Virus record (IMG/VR): IMGVR_UViG_3300035181_001618
Span: 1 to 64,000 of that record
Length of the DNA: 64,000 nt
From: an uncultured virus (IMG/VR IMGVR_UViG_3300035181_001618)
Taxonomy: Duplodnaviria > Heunggongvirae > Uroviricota > Caudoviricetes
Direction: 5' to 3' (one strand)
A model generated the notes under the pieces. That model searched no databases and was not told where the DNA came from. It was given only the letters and a program-made list of their open reading frames with translations. The translations under genes and the position numbers were made by a program. Below, in pieces: positions 1-9,866 of this stretch; position 1 is the first letter of the stretch; the number at the start of each line of letters is the position of its first letter.

Positions 1-87
1 ACTTCTTGACTTCAGTTACTTTTGCCATGAACCTCTACCGTTATGAAGTGCGCCCTGATTGAGCGTCACGAGCTTATTTATAACGGA

Positions 88-423
88 TTATACCGCAGCT
101 TCGGCGTGCTTTTGAACCAGTCCGAGCTCTTCCGCCTGCAACTTTGTCATCTTGTTCACCCAAGCGGCATCGCTGGTGTACATGTACTTGTCGGCCACTC
201 TGTCGGCGTTCTCATCAGCCTGGCGGTAGGCCTTAATCAGCGGCACTCCGCTGCCAGGCTCATGCGAGCCCTTACCGCGAGACTCTTGCTGAGTCCGATG
301 CTCAACCTCGATGACCTTGTAGTAGCCTTGCCAGTACAGCGTGACCAGATCGCCGACCTTGATTTTGTTGGGCACAGCCTTAGGCTTGATGCCAGGGGTC
401 ATCTTGAGGTGAAATGTTGCCAT
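88..423 (-). CDS. hypothetical phage protein
   Basis: 111-aa ORF co-oriented with the minus-strand operon; no recognised motif. Confidence 0.6.
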   Translation of the reverse strand: MATFHLKMTPGIKPKAVPNKIKVGDLVTLYWQGYYKVIEVEHRTQQESRGKGSHEPGSGVPLIKAYRQADENADRVADKYMYTSDAAWVNKMTKLQAEELGLVQKHAEAAV

Positions 424-601
424 AGCTTTTTGATCTTGTTGATGACCCAGGCGTAGAGGGCGCCCGTGACCGCGAATGTAACCAGCAGCATGAGCGGCAT
501 AGCGAGTCCTAGCAGGGCGCCGTCTATGCTTACTTAACTAGCACGTTGGCGTGCGTCTTGCCGCCGGTCGCATCGACAATGCAGATGTTGCCTGCCACTC
601 A

Positions 602-1876
602 TCATTCGGCCTCAGCGACCGACTGCGTCAGGTTGAGCTGACGCAGCGAGATGGACGGTAGCACGTGTTGGGTGTAGTGCTCCTTCAGGTTCGGCTCCTT
701 GCCGCGCAGCTTGGCCATCAGCAGAGCGAAGTACTCGAAGTCCTCGCCCTTCGGGCCGAAGGTCAGCGCCGCTTCCTTGAAGTCCATGCCTTGGGCCTTG
801 AGAACATAGGCGTCGAGCACGCGCTCGATGGCCAACAGCTCCTCAACGGTGTGCTGTTCGATGGCCGCGATCTCGGTCACGTCCACGCCCTCACCGACCA
901 GCATGGCCTTCAGGTCATCGATCTCCTCCAGCAGCACCATCTTGACGATGTCGCGCTCGCGCATGTTGGTCATGGCACGGTGACGCTCCATGTACCACTT
1001 GGTCTTGACCTTGACCATCTGACCGTCCTCGAACTGGAAGACCCAGCCCTCGATGTCCGTGATGGTTTCTTGCAGCTCGAGGACGCACCGCAGCACATGT
1101 GCAGGGTCACGTTTTTCGCCCAACATCTTGGCGAACATGGAGTCCGTGTAGTCACGCTGATGCGACTTCGAGCCTTCGCTTTCAACGATCGGGACACCGT
1201 ACATGTGAGCGTTCAGGTCCAAGCGGCCCATCGGCCAGTACTGGCCAGTCTGATTGTCGCGCACGTGCAGCAGCGTCAGCAGGTCCTCTTGGTACGGCAG
1301 CACGATGCGAGCCGTCGGCGATGTCCACTCGAAGATGGCCGTGCAATCCTGCTCGATGATCGCTTCGCAAAAGTCGATGTAGTTCTTGCGTGTCGTCATC
1401 CAGGCACGAGCTTGCACAGCAACGTCCGACTCGAAGCTCTTCTTGGACTTCAGCGTGAAGTTGCTGATACGCGCGCCACAGGACATGGTGTCTTGGTCGA
1501 TGGGCATGCCGTCCTTGATCTCCTGGCTGCTGAAAGGCGCCACTCGGCAGTCAACCTTGACCGTGTGGATCATCGAGCCGTCGCGCTTGTCCATGACACG
1601 AGCCAGTTTAGACCAGTTAAAGTCATGCGGGCGAGCGCCGTCCTTCTCGTTCAGGTTGAAGAACTTGTGCAACGGTCGGGCGACCAGTCGCTCTTGCTGG
1701 TCAAAGACCAAGCCACGGCATTCAATGGCGTGCGCGTTGTCCCAGGTGGATTCCATCGACACGACATAGGAGCTGACGGTCATGCCGTTGCTCTGTACCA
1801 TGTGCTTGATTTCAGGCTTGTCGCCGACGGCCTCCTTGAAGGGCGTCAGGTGGGTGATGATCGGAAACTTGCTCAT
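602..1876 (-). CDS. rnlA: RNA ligase 1 (T4 RnlA family)
   Basis: ECRGLVF, ARPLHKFFNLNE, adenylation motif KRDGS, FEWTSP, EGWV, VKVKTKWY. Confidence 0.9.
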   Translation of the reverse strand: MSKFPIITHLTPFKEAVGDKPEIKHMVQSNGMTVSSYVVSMESTWDNAHAIECRGLVFDQQERLVARPLHKFFNLNEKDGARPHDFNWSKLARVMDKRDGSMIHTVKVDCRVAPFSSQEIKDGMPIDQDTMSCGARISNFTLKSKKSFESDVAVQARAWMTTRKNYIDFCEAIIEQDCTAIFEWTSPTARIVLPYQEDLLTLLHVRDNQTGQYWPMGRLDLNAHMYGVPIVESEGSKSHQRDYTDSMFAKMLGEKRDPAHVLRCVLELQETITDIEGWVFQFEDGQMVKVKTKWYMERHRAMTNMRERDIVKMVLLEEIDDLKAMLVGEGVDVTEIAAIEQHTVEELLAIERVLDAYVLKAQGMDFKEAALTFGPKGEDFEYFALLMAKLRGKEPNLKEHYTQHVLPSISLRQLNLTQSVAEAE

Positions 1877-1909
1877 AGCTGCCTTCTGCGTTAGCTAATT
1901 GGTGGAAGA

Positions 1910-2170
1910 TCAGACGGCCGAAGGCTCGGCTGCTGGGTTGAAGAGCGACGTCAGCGCTATGTTGACAATCAAAGCTGCATTGGCATCGCCGTTGCTTTCA
2001 TGCCAAACGGCACCCACTCGGAAGTTGAAGCCGTGCACCTTGTGGCCGATGCGGATCCGCATACGAAGGAGGTCATCGGTTTCGGGCTTTGCCGCGAAAG
2101 TCATTGTGAACTTCTTTGCCAGGCCGTACTCAACAGCGCCGATCACGTGAACCGTTGCGTCAACTGCCAT
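1910..2170 (-). CDS. hypothetical protein
   Basis: 86-aa ORF with AGGAG SD; TTTATA-17-TACAAT promoter-like element upstream. Confidence 0.55.
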   Translation of the reverse strand: MAVDATVHVIGAVEYGLAKKFTMTFAAKPETDDLLRMRIRIGHKVHGFNFRVGAVWHESNGDANAALIVNIALTSLFNPAAEPSAV

Positions 2171-2245
2171 GCCGTTCTCCTAAGTATCACTGTTGCCGAT
2201 AGAATGATTGTACACCTATTCGGCTTCAGTATAAAACCAGCAAGA

Positions 2246-2578
2246 CTACTTGGAATCAAACTTCCAGAAGGCTTCGTAGGACTCGTTGTAGCCAGGCTTG
2301 TCGTACACGACCCTCCAGCCAGCGGAGCTGAAGAGCGCTTCGAAATCAAGGTAGTGCTCGTCGAACAGATACTGTGCGGTGACATCGAGGCCGCCTTCAG
2401 CGGCCTTTGCGATGATGGCCTCAACCACCGTATCTTGCTTCAACACGACATGCTGCACGTTAGCGGTCGGGTGGACCTTCTTAACGAGCAGCTCGTTGAC
2501 AGCCGCAATCACGTACTCGGGGATCGAGAACGCTTTGGCCTCCTGGGCCTTCTGCGGCGAGATGGGCTTGACTGACAT
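2246..2578 (-). CDS. conserved hypothetical phage protein
   Basis: GGAGG SD before ATG 2578; C-terminal AGWRVVYDKPGYNESYEAFWKF resembles a recurrent phage family. Confidence 0.65.
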   Translation of the reverse strand: MSVKPISPQKAQEAKAFSIPEYVIAAVNELLVKKVHPTANVQHVVLKQDTVVEAIIAKAAEGGLDVTAQYLFDEHYLDFEALFSSAGWRVVYDKPGYNESYEAFWKFDSK

Positions 2579-2600
2579 AGGACCTCCGTTTTGCATCGGG

Positions 2601-2629
2601 ATTCTATCTTAAAGCCAAACCATTGTAAA
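2601..2629 (-). promoter_or_regulatory. sigma70-like early promoter TTTACA-17-TAGAAT
   Basis: Near-consensus -35/-10 with 17-nt spacer. Similar minus-strand elements at 15142-15170 (TTTACA-17-TATAAT) and 22124-22153 (TTTACA-18-TACAAT). Confidence 0.6.
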
Positions 2630-2632
2630 ACA

Positions 2633-3202
2633 TCAGATCCCTTGCGGCAACAACTTTTGCAGGATCTCGTGGATGCTTGCGTAGAGCGGGTCGAAGCCTT
2701 TGCTCTTGTCATTGACCAGATTGATGTCGGTCGCCGCATGCGTGATGCCTACTTCGGAGGCGTGCGCGTAGCGCTCACCATCCTTGACCAGGTTGGGCAC
2801 CTCGATGTAGATTAGCACAGCGTCATCGCGCGAGCGGATCCACTCAGCCTCGTTCTCAAACCGCACGTCGGTGATGATCGTGTCAAAGCCGGCGGCTTGG
2901 TTCTTGGTGATCTCGAGCTGTGCGCGTTTAATCCAGATGTCCTTGCACATCATGTCTCGCCCGTACTCGGTGCCGAGGAGCTGCAAAGCCTTGCGCGGCG
3001 TGAAGCCCCAGAACGGGTCAACGGCCTCTTTGAGGACACGGTCTTCGAGCTGCTGATCGGTGAAGCCGAAGAGCTCCTTGGACGCCCGCTTCAGCGGACT
3101 TGCAAAGGCGTAGCGCTTGTACTTGTTGGGCCGTAGCTCTTGGATAATGTCAGCTACAGTGTCTTTGCCGGCGTTAAGCGGGCCGTGGATCCCGATGATC
3201 AT
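2633..3202 (-). CDS. deoxynucleoside monophosphate kinase
   Basis: IIGIHGPLNAGKDT P-loop, AFASPLK, TPRKALQLLGTE, ITDVRFENE, HASE. Confidence 0.9.
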   Translation of the reverse strand: MIIGIHGPLNAGKDTVADIIQELRPNKYKRYAFASPLKRASKELFGFTDQQLEDRVLKEAVDPFWGFTPRKALQLLGTEYGRDMMCKDIWIKRAQLEITKNQAAGFDTIITDVRFENEAEWIRSRDDAVLIYIEVPNLVKDGERYAHASEVGITHAATDINLVNDKSKGFDPLYASIHEILQKLLPQGI

Positions 3203-3208
3203 GAAGTG

Positions 3209-3448
3209 TTAGAGGTGAGTGAACAGCGCCTTAACGGCGCTGACAGAGAGCCTGAAGCCCTCCAGCAAAGCGGAGCCTGCTGTCGTGATCCCTAACGCGA
3301 TGACATAGAATGAGAAGACGCTGCCTGAGATGACCGCAATGAACGCGCTGATGGCGTGCTCCTGCTTATCATCCCAGTACCTCCACCCGTGGAATAGGGC
3401 GAGGACTAGGCAGCCGACCATGAGGGCGTTAAAGATGATGAACAGCAT
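3209..3448 (-). CDS. small membrane protein
   Basis: Two hydrophobic segments; ATG 3448 lies 6 nt after TATAAT. Confidence 0.55.
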   Translation of the reverse strand: MLFIIFNALMVGCLVLALFHGWRYWDDKQEHAISAFIAVISGSVFSFYVIALGITTAGSALLEGFRLSVSAVKALFTHL

Positions 3449-3484
3449 GCCGTGATTATACGGCCTTGCTGCGCACTCAAGCAA

Positions 3485-3616
3485 TTAACGGAAGGTCAGG
3501 ATCCACCACTTGAGCTTGAGCCAAAGCGTGTCTGGCCGGGCGGCACACGGCCCTGGATGGCCAGGCAGCCGGCCGCACGTCTGGCCCTTAGGCGGGAGGT
3601 CACAGCGCTGCTTCAT
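3485..3616 (-). CDS. 43-aa Cys/His small protein (not in ORF track)
   Basis: MKQRCDLPPKGQTCGRLPGHPGPCAARPDTLWLKLKWWILTFR; ATG overlaps the gp52-like stop (TGATG). Confidence 0.55.
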   Translation of the reverse strand: MKQRCDLPPKGQTCGRLPGHPGPCAARPDTLWLKLKWWILTFR

Positions 3617-5007
3617 CACTTGCCCTTCTTCTTGTCCTTGAGGACCTTCAGCCTAGGCTTGAGGTCATCCTTCAGGTCCAAGTCTTGAAGGTCCTTCAAG
3701 TAGAGGGACTCCTTGGTGCTCTTCTTGAAGAAGTCAATCAGCTGGAGCTGGAGCTGCACTTCGGCCAACAGCTTGTCGATGTTGTCCTGGGTCAGGTTGT
3801 AGATCTTGATGTCGAGCAGGTCCGTGACATGCTTGAAACCTTCGGCCGTCAGGAACTGCTCGAGGTCAACCTTCTTCATCTTCGAGAAGGCGCCTGCCAT
3901 GCCGTCAGTCAGGTACATCTCGATGAAGCGCACCTTCTCGTTCATCAGCTCGAGCCTAGCCTGCAGCTCAGCGATGCGAGCCTGGCGCCGGTCTTCGTAG
4001 CGCTCGAGACGGTACTCGAGGAAGGCGTCTACCAGAGCCTCCGGCGTCTTGAAGCACTTGAGCTTGCCGCTCGGCAGCCAAACGGTCAGGTTCTCGGTGT
4101 TCTTCGAGATCAGCTTCAGCTTGAGCAGCAGCTCAGCGTCCGTCATGTAGCCAGTGGTACGGGGCACGTCCAGGACAAAGCGGAAGCCGTTGACCGTGGA
4201 TTCGCTCTCGAAGCCCTTAATCAGCTCCAGATCCTGCAGGCCAAACAGCACCTCCTTGTAGGCGTCATGCTGAACGCCGATCGGCAGCTCGGTGACCACG
4301 ATCTTGGTCGAAGCCTCCTTCTCGAACCTGCCGGTGCATTGCACTTGGCCCGTCGCGAGGCGCTCAACTTTGCCTGTGTAGCCGCGGAACCAGGGAACCA
4401 GCTTGACGCTGGTCTTGCCGGTCTTCAGCTTGTCCGTGATGTACTTGCGGAGGTCCTCCGGGTTGTACGGGAAGATGTTGGTCGCGAAGCCTGTGCCCAT
4501 GCCGTTGGCGCCGTTAACCAGCACGTTAGGCAGGATCGGCAGGTAGCGCTCAGGCTCGATCTCCTCCTCATCTTCAGTCAGGTACTTGAGGATCAGGTCA
4601 TCGTCACGCTTGAAGAGCTTGCGGAAGCAGGGCTCGAGGTTGGTGAAGATGTAGCGTGTTGCGGCGTTGGCGTCGGACAGCCGTGACCCGAACTGCCCGA
4701 TGGGCATCAGGTAGTTGAGGTTGTTGGCGCCTGGGTAGTCCTGAGCCAGCTTGACGATGGTCGACTCGAGCGAGGCCTCGCCGTGGTGGTATGCAGAGAC
4801 GAGCGCGATAGCGGCCGCGAGCTGGGAGACCTTGATGCCGGTCTCGGGGATGGTGCTCGCCTTCTTCAGCGTGCCGAAGATGACCTTGCGCTGTGAGGGC
4901 TTGAAGCCGTCAATCAGGTCGGGGATGGCGCGGACGTTGGCGTGGACCGAGTACTCACGGACGTCGGTGCCAAAGAATTGTTCGATGTTGATGTGCTTAG
5001 TTGCCAT
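3616..5007 (-). CDS. DNA topoisomerase II medium subunit (T4 gp52-like)
   Basis: RAIPDLIDGFKPSQRK, YHHGEASL, GQFGSR, active-site ATRYIF, NGANGMGTGFAT. Confidence 0.95.
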   Translation of the reverse strand: MATKHINIEQFFGTDVREYSVHANVRAIPDLIDGFKPSQRKVIFGTLKKASTIPETGIKVSQLAAAIALVSAYHHGEASLESTIVKLAQDYPGANNLNYLMPIGQFGSRLSDANAATRYIFTNLEPCFRKLFKRDDDLILKYLTEDEEEIEPERYLPILPNVLVNGANGMGTGFATNIFPYNPEDLRKYITDKLKTGKTSVKLVPWFRGYTGKVERLATGQVQCTGRFEKEASTKIVVTELPIGVQHDAYKEVLFGLQDLELIKGFESESTVNGFRFVLDVPRTTGYMTDAELLLKLKLISKNTENLTVWLPSGKLKCFKTPEALVDAFLEYRLERYEDRRQARIAELQARLELMNEKVRFIEMYLTDGMAGAFSKMKKVDLEQFLTAEGFKHVTDLLDIKIYNLTQDNIDKLLAEVQLQLQLIDFFKKSTKESLYLKDLQDLDLKDDLKPRLKVLKDKKKGK

Positions 5008-5017
5008 GGCTGTCTCC

Positions 5018-6982
5018 TTAGATCACGATTGCGTCTACGCTCAAGTCGAGCCAGACTTTTCGACGATCTGAAGAGCCGTCCTCCTTGCCAAACACCAAGT
5101 TGATGATGTCGCCGTCCGCCTTGCTGTTAACCTCGAGCCTGACCAAGTGCTTGGGCAGGTCGGACAAGTACTCTTCGAACTCCTCAGGCGATGAGGTGCC
5201 CAGGCCTTTGTAGTACTTGAAGTTTTTGACCTTGTCAGCGTTGCCAGGCTTCTTGACCCACTGATCATACTCGTCCTGGTTGTCAAAGGAGACCGGTTCC
5301 TTGTTGTTGCCCTTCAGCCAGATCTTGATCATCGGGGTGTAGAACCGATGGATGACGCCGAGGGTGAACAGCTCAGGCCAGAACTTGTGGAGGTTGCTGC
5401 ACATGATGCCCGCGATGTGCGAGCCGTCGACGTCGGCGTCAGTGGTGATGACCAGGTGGCCGTAGCGCAGGTCCTTGACGGACTTGACAGGTACTCCAAC
5501 CTGGAGGCCCATAGCCGCACAGATGTTGACGAACTCGGTCTCCTCCTTGCGCTTGGCCTCCTTGTCCTTCTCCTCGATGCCCAGCAGCTTCTTCAACGTG
5601 ACCGAGTTGGCGTTCTGAGGCTTGCCTCGAAGAGCGAGCGCGCCCATGGTCTTGGCGTCGCGGCCCGACACGATGGCGCTCTTGGCAGAGTCACCTTCGG
5701 CGATGAACAAGTAGCACAGCTCAGGCTTCTTGCCAGCCAAGTTGGCGTCCTCGAGCTTGAGGATCCGCTTCGGGTTGGTCTTGTCCAGGTTCTTGTTCTT
5801 GTCTCGGACATCCTGCATCTCGCGAGCGAGCGCCTTGGCTTCGACCCAGTCCAACACGCGCTGGATGATCTCAGACTTGAGCAAGCGTTGGATCAGCTTC
5901 TCGGAGGCCTTGTAGACCGTCTTGTACTCCTTCGGCTCGGTGATCAAGTTCTCCTTGGTCTGCGAGTCGTAGCGAGGCTTGATGATGCGGGCGTTGACAA
6001 ACAGCTTCATGTGCTGCTTGATCTCAGCCGGCTTGACATCGACCTTGTGCTTGGTCTTGAAGTAGGCCCGCAGCTTGTCGATGACCTGGTCAATGACGTA
6101 GTCGATGTGCGTGCCGCCGATCACCGTCTCTGTGGCGTTGACAAAGCTGATCTGCTTGAAGCCTTCATCGGAGGCCGCGATGGCGACCTGCCAGTCAGGC
6201 GACTCGTCATACTCGAACAGGTCGGTGTAGAGCTTGACGTAGTCCTTGAAGGAGTCGATGCGGCAGCGACGGCCGTTGAAGTACACCTTCAGATGCGGGT
6301 TGCAGCCTGCCACGTCATAGACCCGCTTCATCAGCTTGGCGTAGTTGCCTTCGTCCAGGCTGGTGTCCAAGTGGGCGTAGTCGGGCGCGTAAGTGATGCG
6401 GGTGTAGCCTGGGCCTTCCAGCTCGATGATGGAGGGCTTGGTCTTCTCCATCATGTTCTTCGAGAAGATCTGCTTGAAGACCTTCTTGCCGTCGCACGTC
6501 TCAATAACGAACTTTGTACTGAAGATGTTGGTAAGCGAGGCGCCTTCACCGTTTTGGCCGGTGACATCGGTGTCTTCAGTGTCATCGAAGTTGGAGCCGG
6601 ACCGCAGGTAGCCGAGCACCAAGGTCGGGATGTACTCGTCATACTCGCTGTGCTTGATGACCGGCATGCCGCCGTTGTCCCAGACCGAGATGACGCCCGT
6701 TGTTTGGTCGATGTCGACCTTGATCGTGTCGAGATGCTTGCCCTCAGGTCGTTTGCTGTGGTCGACTGAGTTGGAGATGACCTCGTCGAAGAGCTTGAGG
6801 AGGCCTGGGTTCCAGGTCACCTCCTTGAGAAGCATCTTCGGATTGTCGTAACCGAGCGCGATGTCGGCGAGGTAAGTGTTGGCAGTGTGGGGCTTGACCG
6901 AGCCGATGTATCGCCCGGGGCGGAGCAGCACGTGCTCAACGTCGGTTAACCGCTTAAACTTTTGTTCGATTGACTTGCTCAT
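5018..6982 (-). CDS. DNA topoisomerase II large subunit (gp39+gp60 fused; GHKL ATPase + TOPRIM)
   Basis: EHVLLRPGRYIGS, FDEVISNSVD, GQNGEGASLTN, EGDSAK, LRGK, TDADVDGSHI, YYKGLGTS. Confidence 0.95.
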   Translation of the reverse strand: MSKSIEQKFKRLTDVEHVLLRPGRYIGSVKPHTANTYLADIALGYDNPKMLLKEVTWNPGLLKLFDEVISNSVDHSKRPEGKHLDTIKVDIDQTTGVISVWDNGGMPVIKHSEYDEYIPTLVLGYLRSGSNFDDTEDTDVTGQNGEGASLTNIFSTKFVIETCDGKKVFKQIFSKNMMEKTKPSIIELEGPGYTRITYAPDYAHLDTSLDEGNYAKLMKRVYDVAGCNPHLKVYFNGRRCRIDSFKDYVKLYTDLFEYDESPDWQVAIAASDEGFKQISFVNATETVIGGTHIDYVIDQVIDKLRAYFKTKHKVDVKPAEIKQHMKLFVNARIIKPRYDSQTKENLITEPKEYKTVYKASEKLIQRLLKSEIIQRVLDWVEAKALAREMQDVRDKNKNLDKTNPKRILKLEDANLAGKKPELCYLFIAEGDSAKSAIVSGRDAKTMGALALRGKPQNANSVTLKKLLGIEEKDKEAKRKEETEFVNICAAMGLQVGVPVKSVKDLRYGHLVITTDADVDGSHIAGIMCSNLHKFWPELFTLGVIHRFYTPMIKIWLKGNNKEPVSFDNQDEYDQWVKKPGNADKVKNFKYYKGLGTSSPEEFEEYLSDLPKHLVRLEVNSKADGDIINLVFGKEDGSSDRRKVWLDLSVDAIVI

Positions 6983-7010
6983 AAACCATTATAAAAGGTA
7001 ATTAAGCGTG

Positions 7011-7018
7011 TATTTATA
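7011..7018 (-). promoter_or_regulatory. T4-type late promoter TATAAATA
   Basis: Exact T4 gp55 late consensus on the minus strand upstream of the topoisomerase genes. Confidence 0.5.
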
Positions 7019-7053
7019 GCCAACCTGAGCCAGCCGCTTGACGGCACATTATA

Positions 7054-7260
7054 TCACATCTTCTCAATCCTCATGGTATCCCAGGGCTCGTCGGTCCACA
7101 CTTCGGGCCGTTGCCAGGTTGGCAGCTTGTAGCCCGTGACTCGCCGACCGGTCCAGCCTTGGCCGTCAAGCACTGGGCTATAGAGGCGTCGAGTGGCCTC
7201 CATCAAGCCAAGCATGGTGTTGCTGACGGAGCCGTAGAAGCACCGTTGATGAACTCTCAC
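7054..7260 (-). CDS. hypothetical protein
   Basis: 68-aa ORF with GTGA overlap to the upstream gene. Confidence 0.4.
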   Translation of the reverse strand: MRVHQRCFYGSVSNTMLGLMEATRRLYSPVLDGQGWTGRRVTGYKLPTWQRPEVWTDEPWDTMRIEKM

Positions 7261-7688
7261 ATGGCATCCTCTTCGATGTACCGTTGTGACCGCTCAACCG
7301 TGCTGCGCAGCTGAACTCGTGAAAACTTGCTGTCCGGCAACCGGCGCTTGACCGTCCGGCCAGTAGGCGCAGCCGCAGGTGCGTTGAACTGCCGGCTGTA
7401 GCTGTGGATGTCCGTGTCCAACACCGTCACGCACGAGGTATCCACGATCACAAATAGCGCGTTCTCGTAGACCCGAAAGGTGTAGTTGTGCTCGTAGCCG
7501 TACTGCTCCCGTAGGTGCAGCATCAACGCCGTGTCATTGAGGTGCCGATTGGTCTCCGTAGCACGTCCGTTGAACAGCTCGAGGCAGCTGTACAGGAAGG
7601 AAGCCTCATCGTTGTACGGCAGGAGGTGACGATCATGCCTTTCCCGCAGACGTTGTTGAGCATGCTTGGTCAGGTAAGCGTTCTTCAT
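7257..7688 (-). CDS. hypothetical protein
   Basis: 143 aa; LTKHAQQRLRER N-terminus typical of small phage proteins; ATGA overlap. Confidence 0.6.
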   Translation of the reverse strand: MKNAYLTKHAQQRLRERHDRHLLPYNDEASFLYSCLELFNGRATETNRHLNDTALMLHLREQYGYEHNYTFRVYENALFVIVDTSCVTVLDTDIHSYSRQFNAPAAAPTGRTVKRRLPDSKFSRVQLRSTVERSQRYIEEDAM

Positions 7689-7969
7689 ACGTGGCGCTTC
7701 TTCCAGTCATAGCCCGGCAGTACCTCAGCGACGCCAGGCTTGCCCACCGATTCGGCGAGCTCAGTTGAGATGGTCACGTGCCGACGGCCCGCCTTGCGAA
7801 GAGTCTCAGCGTAGGTCAGCGCGAGCAACAGCTTAGTCGGACCCAGAAGATGCACGTGCGGCGTGTCGGTCTCGTCCAAGGAGAAGACCGCGATGCCAGG
7901 TCCAGCGACCGGAACGGCATCAGGTTCGATTGGCGCGTCAGGGTGCAGGTGCATACACCACCTGAGCAA
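7685..7969 (-). CDS. hypothetical protein (start uncertain)
   Basis: C-terminal VGKPGVAEVLPGYDWKKR; coupled to the next gene. Confidence 0.45.
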   Translation of the reverse strand: MLRWCMHLHPDAPIEPDAVPVAGPGIAVFSLDETDTPHVHLLGPTKLLLALTYAETLRKAGRRHVTISTELAESVGKPGVAEVLPGYDWKKRHV

Positions 7970-8056
7970 CAGCGAACAGGATGATCAGGCCAGCGATGCC
8001 AACCCATGTCCACGGTGAGTTCCAGAATTCTTTCATGTGTTCCCTCTTTCTAGTTG

Positions 8057-8302
8057 TTAGTCACAATCAAATGTTGACGAAGCGAGCTGCTTACCTTGCT
8101 CGGCCTCCCACTTGACCCATGGTGATTGCCGGCTGTCACCGGTTATCCGGTTCCACTGGCCGATGTAGCGGTCAACCTTAGCCATCAGCTCGTGGTTAAG
8201 CGTGCACTCGGCTGCTTCTTGCATGTGGTCGAGCATGTCCTTGAAGGACTGCAACACCTCCATGTGCATGGAGCGCTTGATCTTGTTGAGCTCGAGAGTC
8301 AT
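8057..8302 (-). CDS. hypothetical protein
   Basis: 81-aa ORF in a minus-strand operon. Confidence 0.5.
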   Translation of the reverse strand: MTLELNKIKRSMHMEVLQSFKDMLDHMQEAAECTLNHELMAKVDRYIGQWNRITGDSRQSPWVKWEAEQGKQLASSTFDCD

Positions 8303-8305
8303 TGC

Positions 8306-8539
8306 TCAGTCCTCGACTACGGGAAGATTGTTGAAGTCCGTTTCGTCGGCGTCACGAAGATTGATCCAGCCGAAGCCGATCCACTCCTTGACAACGCCGT
8401 CGAGGATGACCAACGGGTAGCGCTTCTCGTTGCCTGCTGTCATGCGAAGCGTGGACAGCTCAGCTCGCTTAACTGTTACCGTGTTCACTTCAGCTTCAAG
8501 CGTTGACATAAGCCTGAGCTGCTGCAGCTGCAGCGTCAT
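8306..8539 (-). CDS. hypothetical protein
   Basis: VILDGVVKEWIGFGWI motif; the true start may be MSTLE. Confidence 0.55.
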   Translation of the reverse strand: MTLQLQQLRLMSTLEAEVNTVTVKRAELSTLRMTAGNEKRYPLVILDGVVKEWIGFGWINLRDADETDFNNLPVVED

Positions 8540-8696
8540 ATTGCTCGGTAACGTAGGACAAGAGCGTCGGCTGATTGTCCTCGTAGTAGGTGGCTTGCGC
8601 TTCTTCGAAAACGATGGTGAAGACGCGCTTCAGGTCACGCTCGAAGACCGCGTCCTTCAAGATCCAACGCAACAGGTACAGCTTCAGCTTGCTCAT
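8496..8696 (-). CDS. hypothetical protein
   Basis: GAGGTG SD; YYEDN motif; early-type promoter upstream. Confidence 0.55.
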   Translation of the reverse strand: MSKLKLYLLRWILKDAVFERDLKRVFTIVFEEAQATYYEDNQPTLLSYVTEQYDAAAAAAQAYVNA

Positions 8697-8770
8697 GTTT
8701 CACCTCAGTCGGTTCGGATGATGGATTGTACATCCAAGACTAGGCTCTTTGTAAACAGCTAAATAGTCAT

Positions 8771-9239
8771 ATGGACTATCAAAGATGCTACGATGCGCTG
8801 GTTCAACGGGCGTTGGATCGAACCCTTCCATCTGGAACGTACCTAGAACGGCATCACATTGTTCCTAAATGTGTAGGTGGTACGGATCAGCGAGATAACC
8901 TTGTTGACCTCCTTCCAGATGAGCATCTGTTCGCCCATCGCCTGCTGCGTCGCATCTACCCAAAGCACAATGCTCTCGCTTACCCCGTGGTGCTCATTGA
9001 GCAAGGGTAGGAAAGGAAGCATGAGCCGTCGGATCTATGCCATGGATCGTAAGAGAGTTGCTGAGGCGAATTCGATCCGTCCGCGTGGTCCCATCTCAGA
9101 TGCCCATCGAGCAGCTATTTCAAAGCCTAGAACCAAGCCTATCATAGGCACACCTTGCACCGATGAGCCGAAGAGCAAACACAGTTTACACGCTGAGTCA
9201 GGCCCTTGTCTTCACCATATGCTTAGCGAGAGCAGATGA
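8771..9239 (+). pseudogene. frameshifted HNH homing endonuclease with NUMOD3-like tail
   Basis: ERHHIVPKCVGGTDQRDNLVDLLPDEHLFAH in 8771-9010; continues in another frame with ISDAHRAAISKP. Confidence 0.75.
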
Positions 9240-9866
9240 AGAGCGCCTGTCCTGTTGTATAAGTGCCAGCTCATGAGCACGGACAAGCCTATGGGAGGAG
9301 CCTTGATGAGGTCCCATAGTAGGTGCAACGCTTACGCACGGACACCACTCACGTGCTGCGCTACGAGTTATCAGCTGCGGACTACCGCAATTTGCAAGAT
9401 GGCTCTGACATAGCTGTTTATCGGCGGCGCCTACACGCCTGCCGTCCCCGGGCCTGACACAGGGAAAAGAGCATTCAGTCCTTGCGGACTAAAGGGCCCC
9501 TCAGCCTTTAACGACTTTCTTGAAGTTCAACCACCGATGAGGTTACCACTTAACGGCGCTTCGGGCCGACGTCGCTTATGAGCATTATGAAAGTTATGAA
9601 GTCAGTCCCTGATTGGGAACCTGAGCAGGAGGCAGCGCGTCATCGCGCGACCCAAGAGCTTGAGCCTAGCTTTGCAGGTGGACGCCTCAGCTAGCTTCAC
9701 TCGCTCATTGAGCGCGAGCAGCTGGGGCGGCTGAGTAGCCGCCTGCAGAAAGTCATTGGGGGTACATGTTATACATGTCGTCGACCGGGAACCCTTGAGC
9801 TGGTCATGCATTGTAATTTACACAATGGCCTTCTTGAGGAATTTTAAGTCAGCGTCCGTGTACATG

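Noticed and set aside
9240..9800. tRNA or tmRNA gene
   Set aside because: No cloverleaf, T-loop GTTCRA or acceptor-stem/CCA end recognised on either strand
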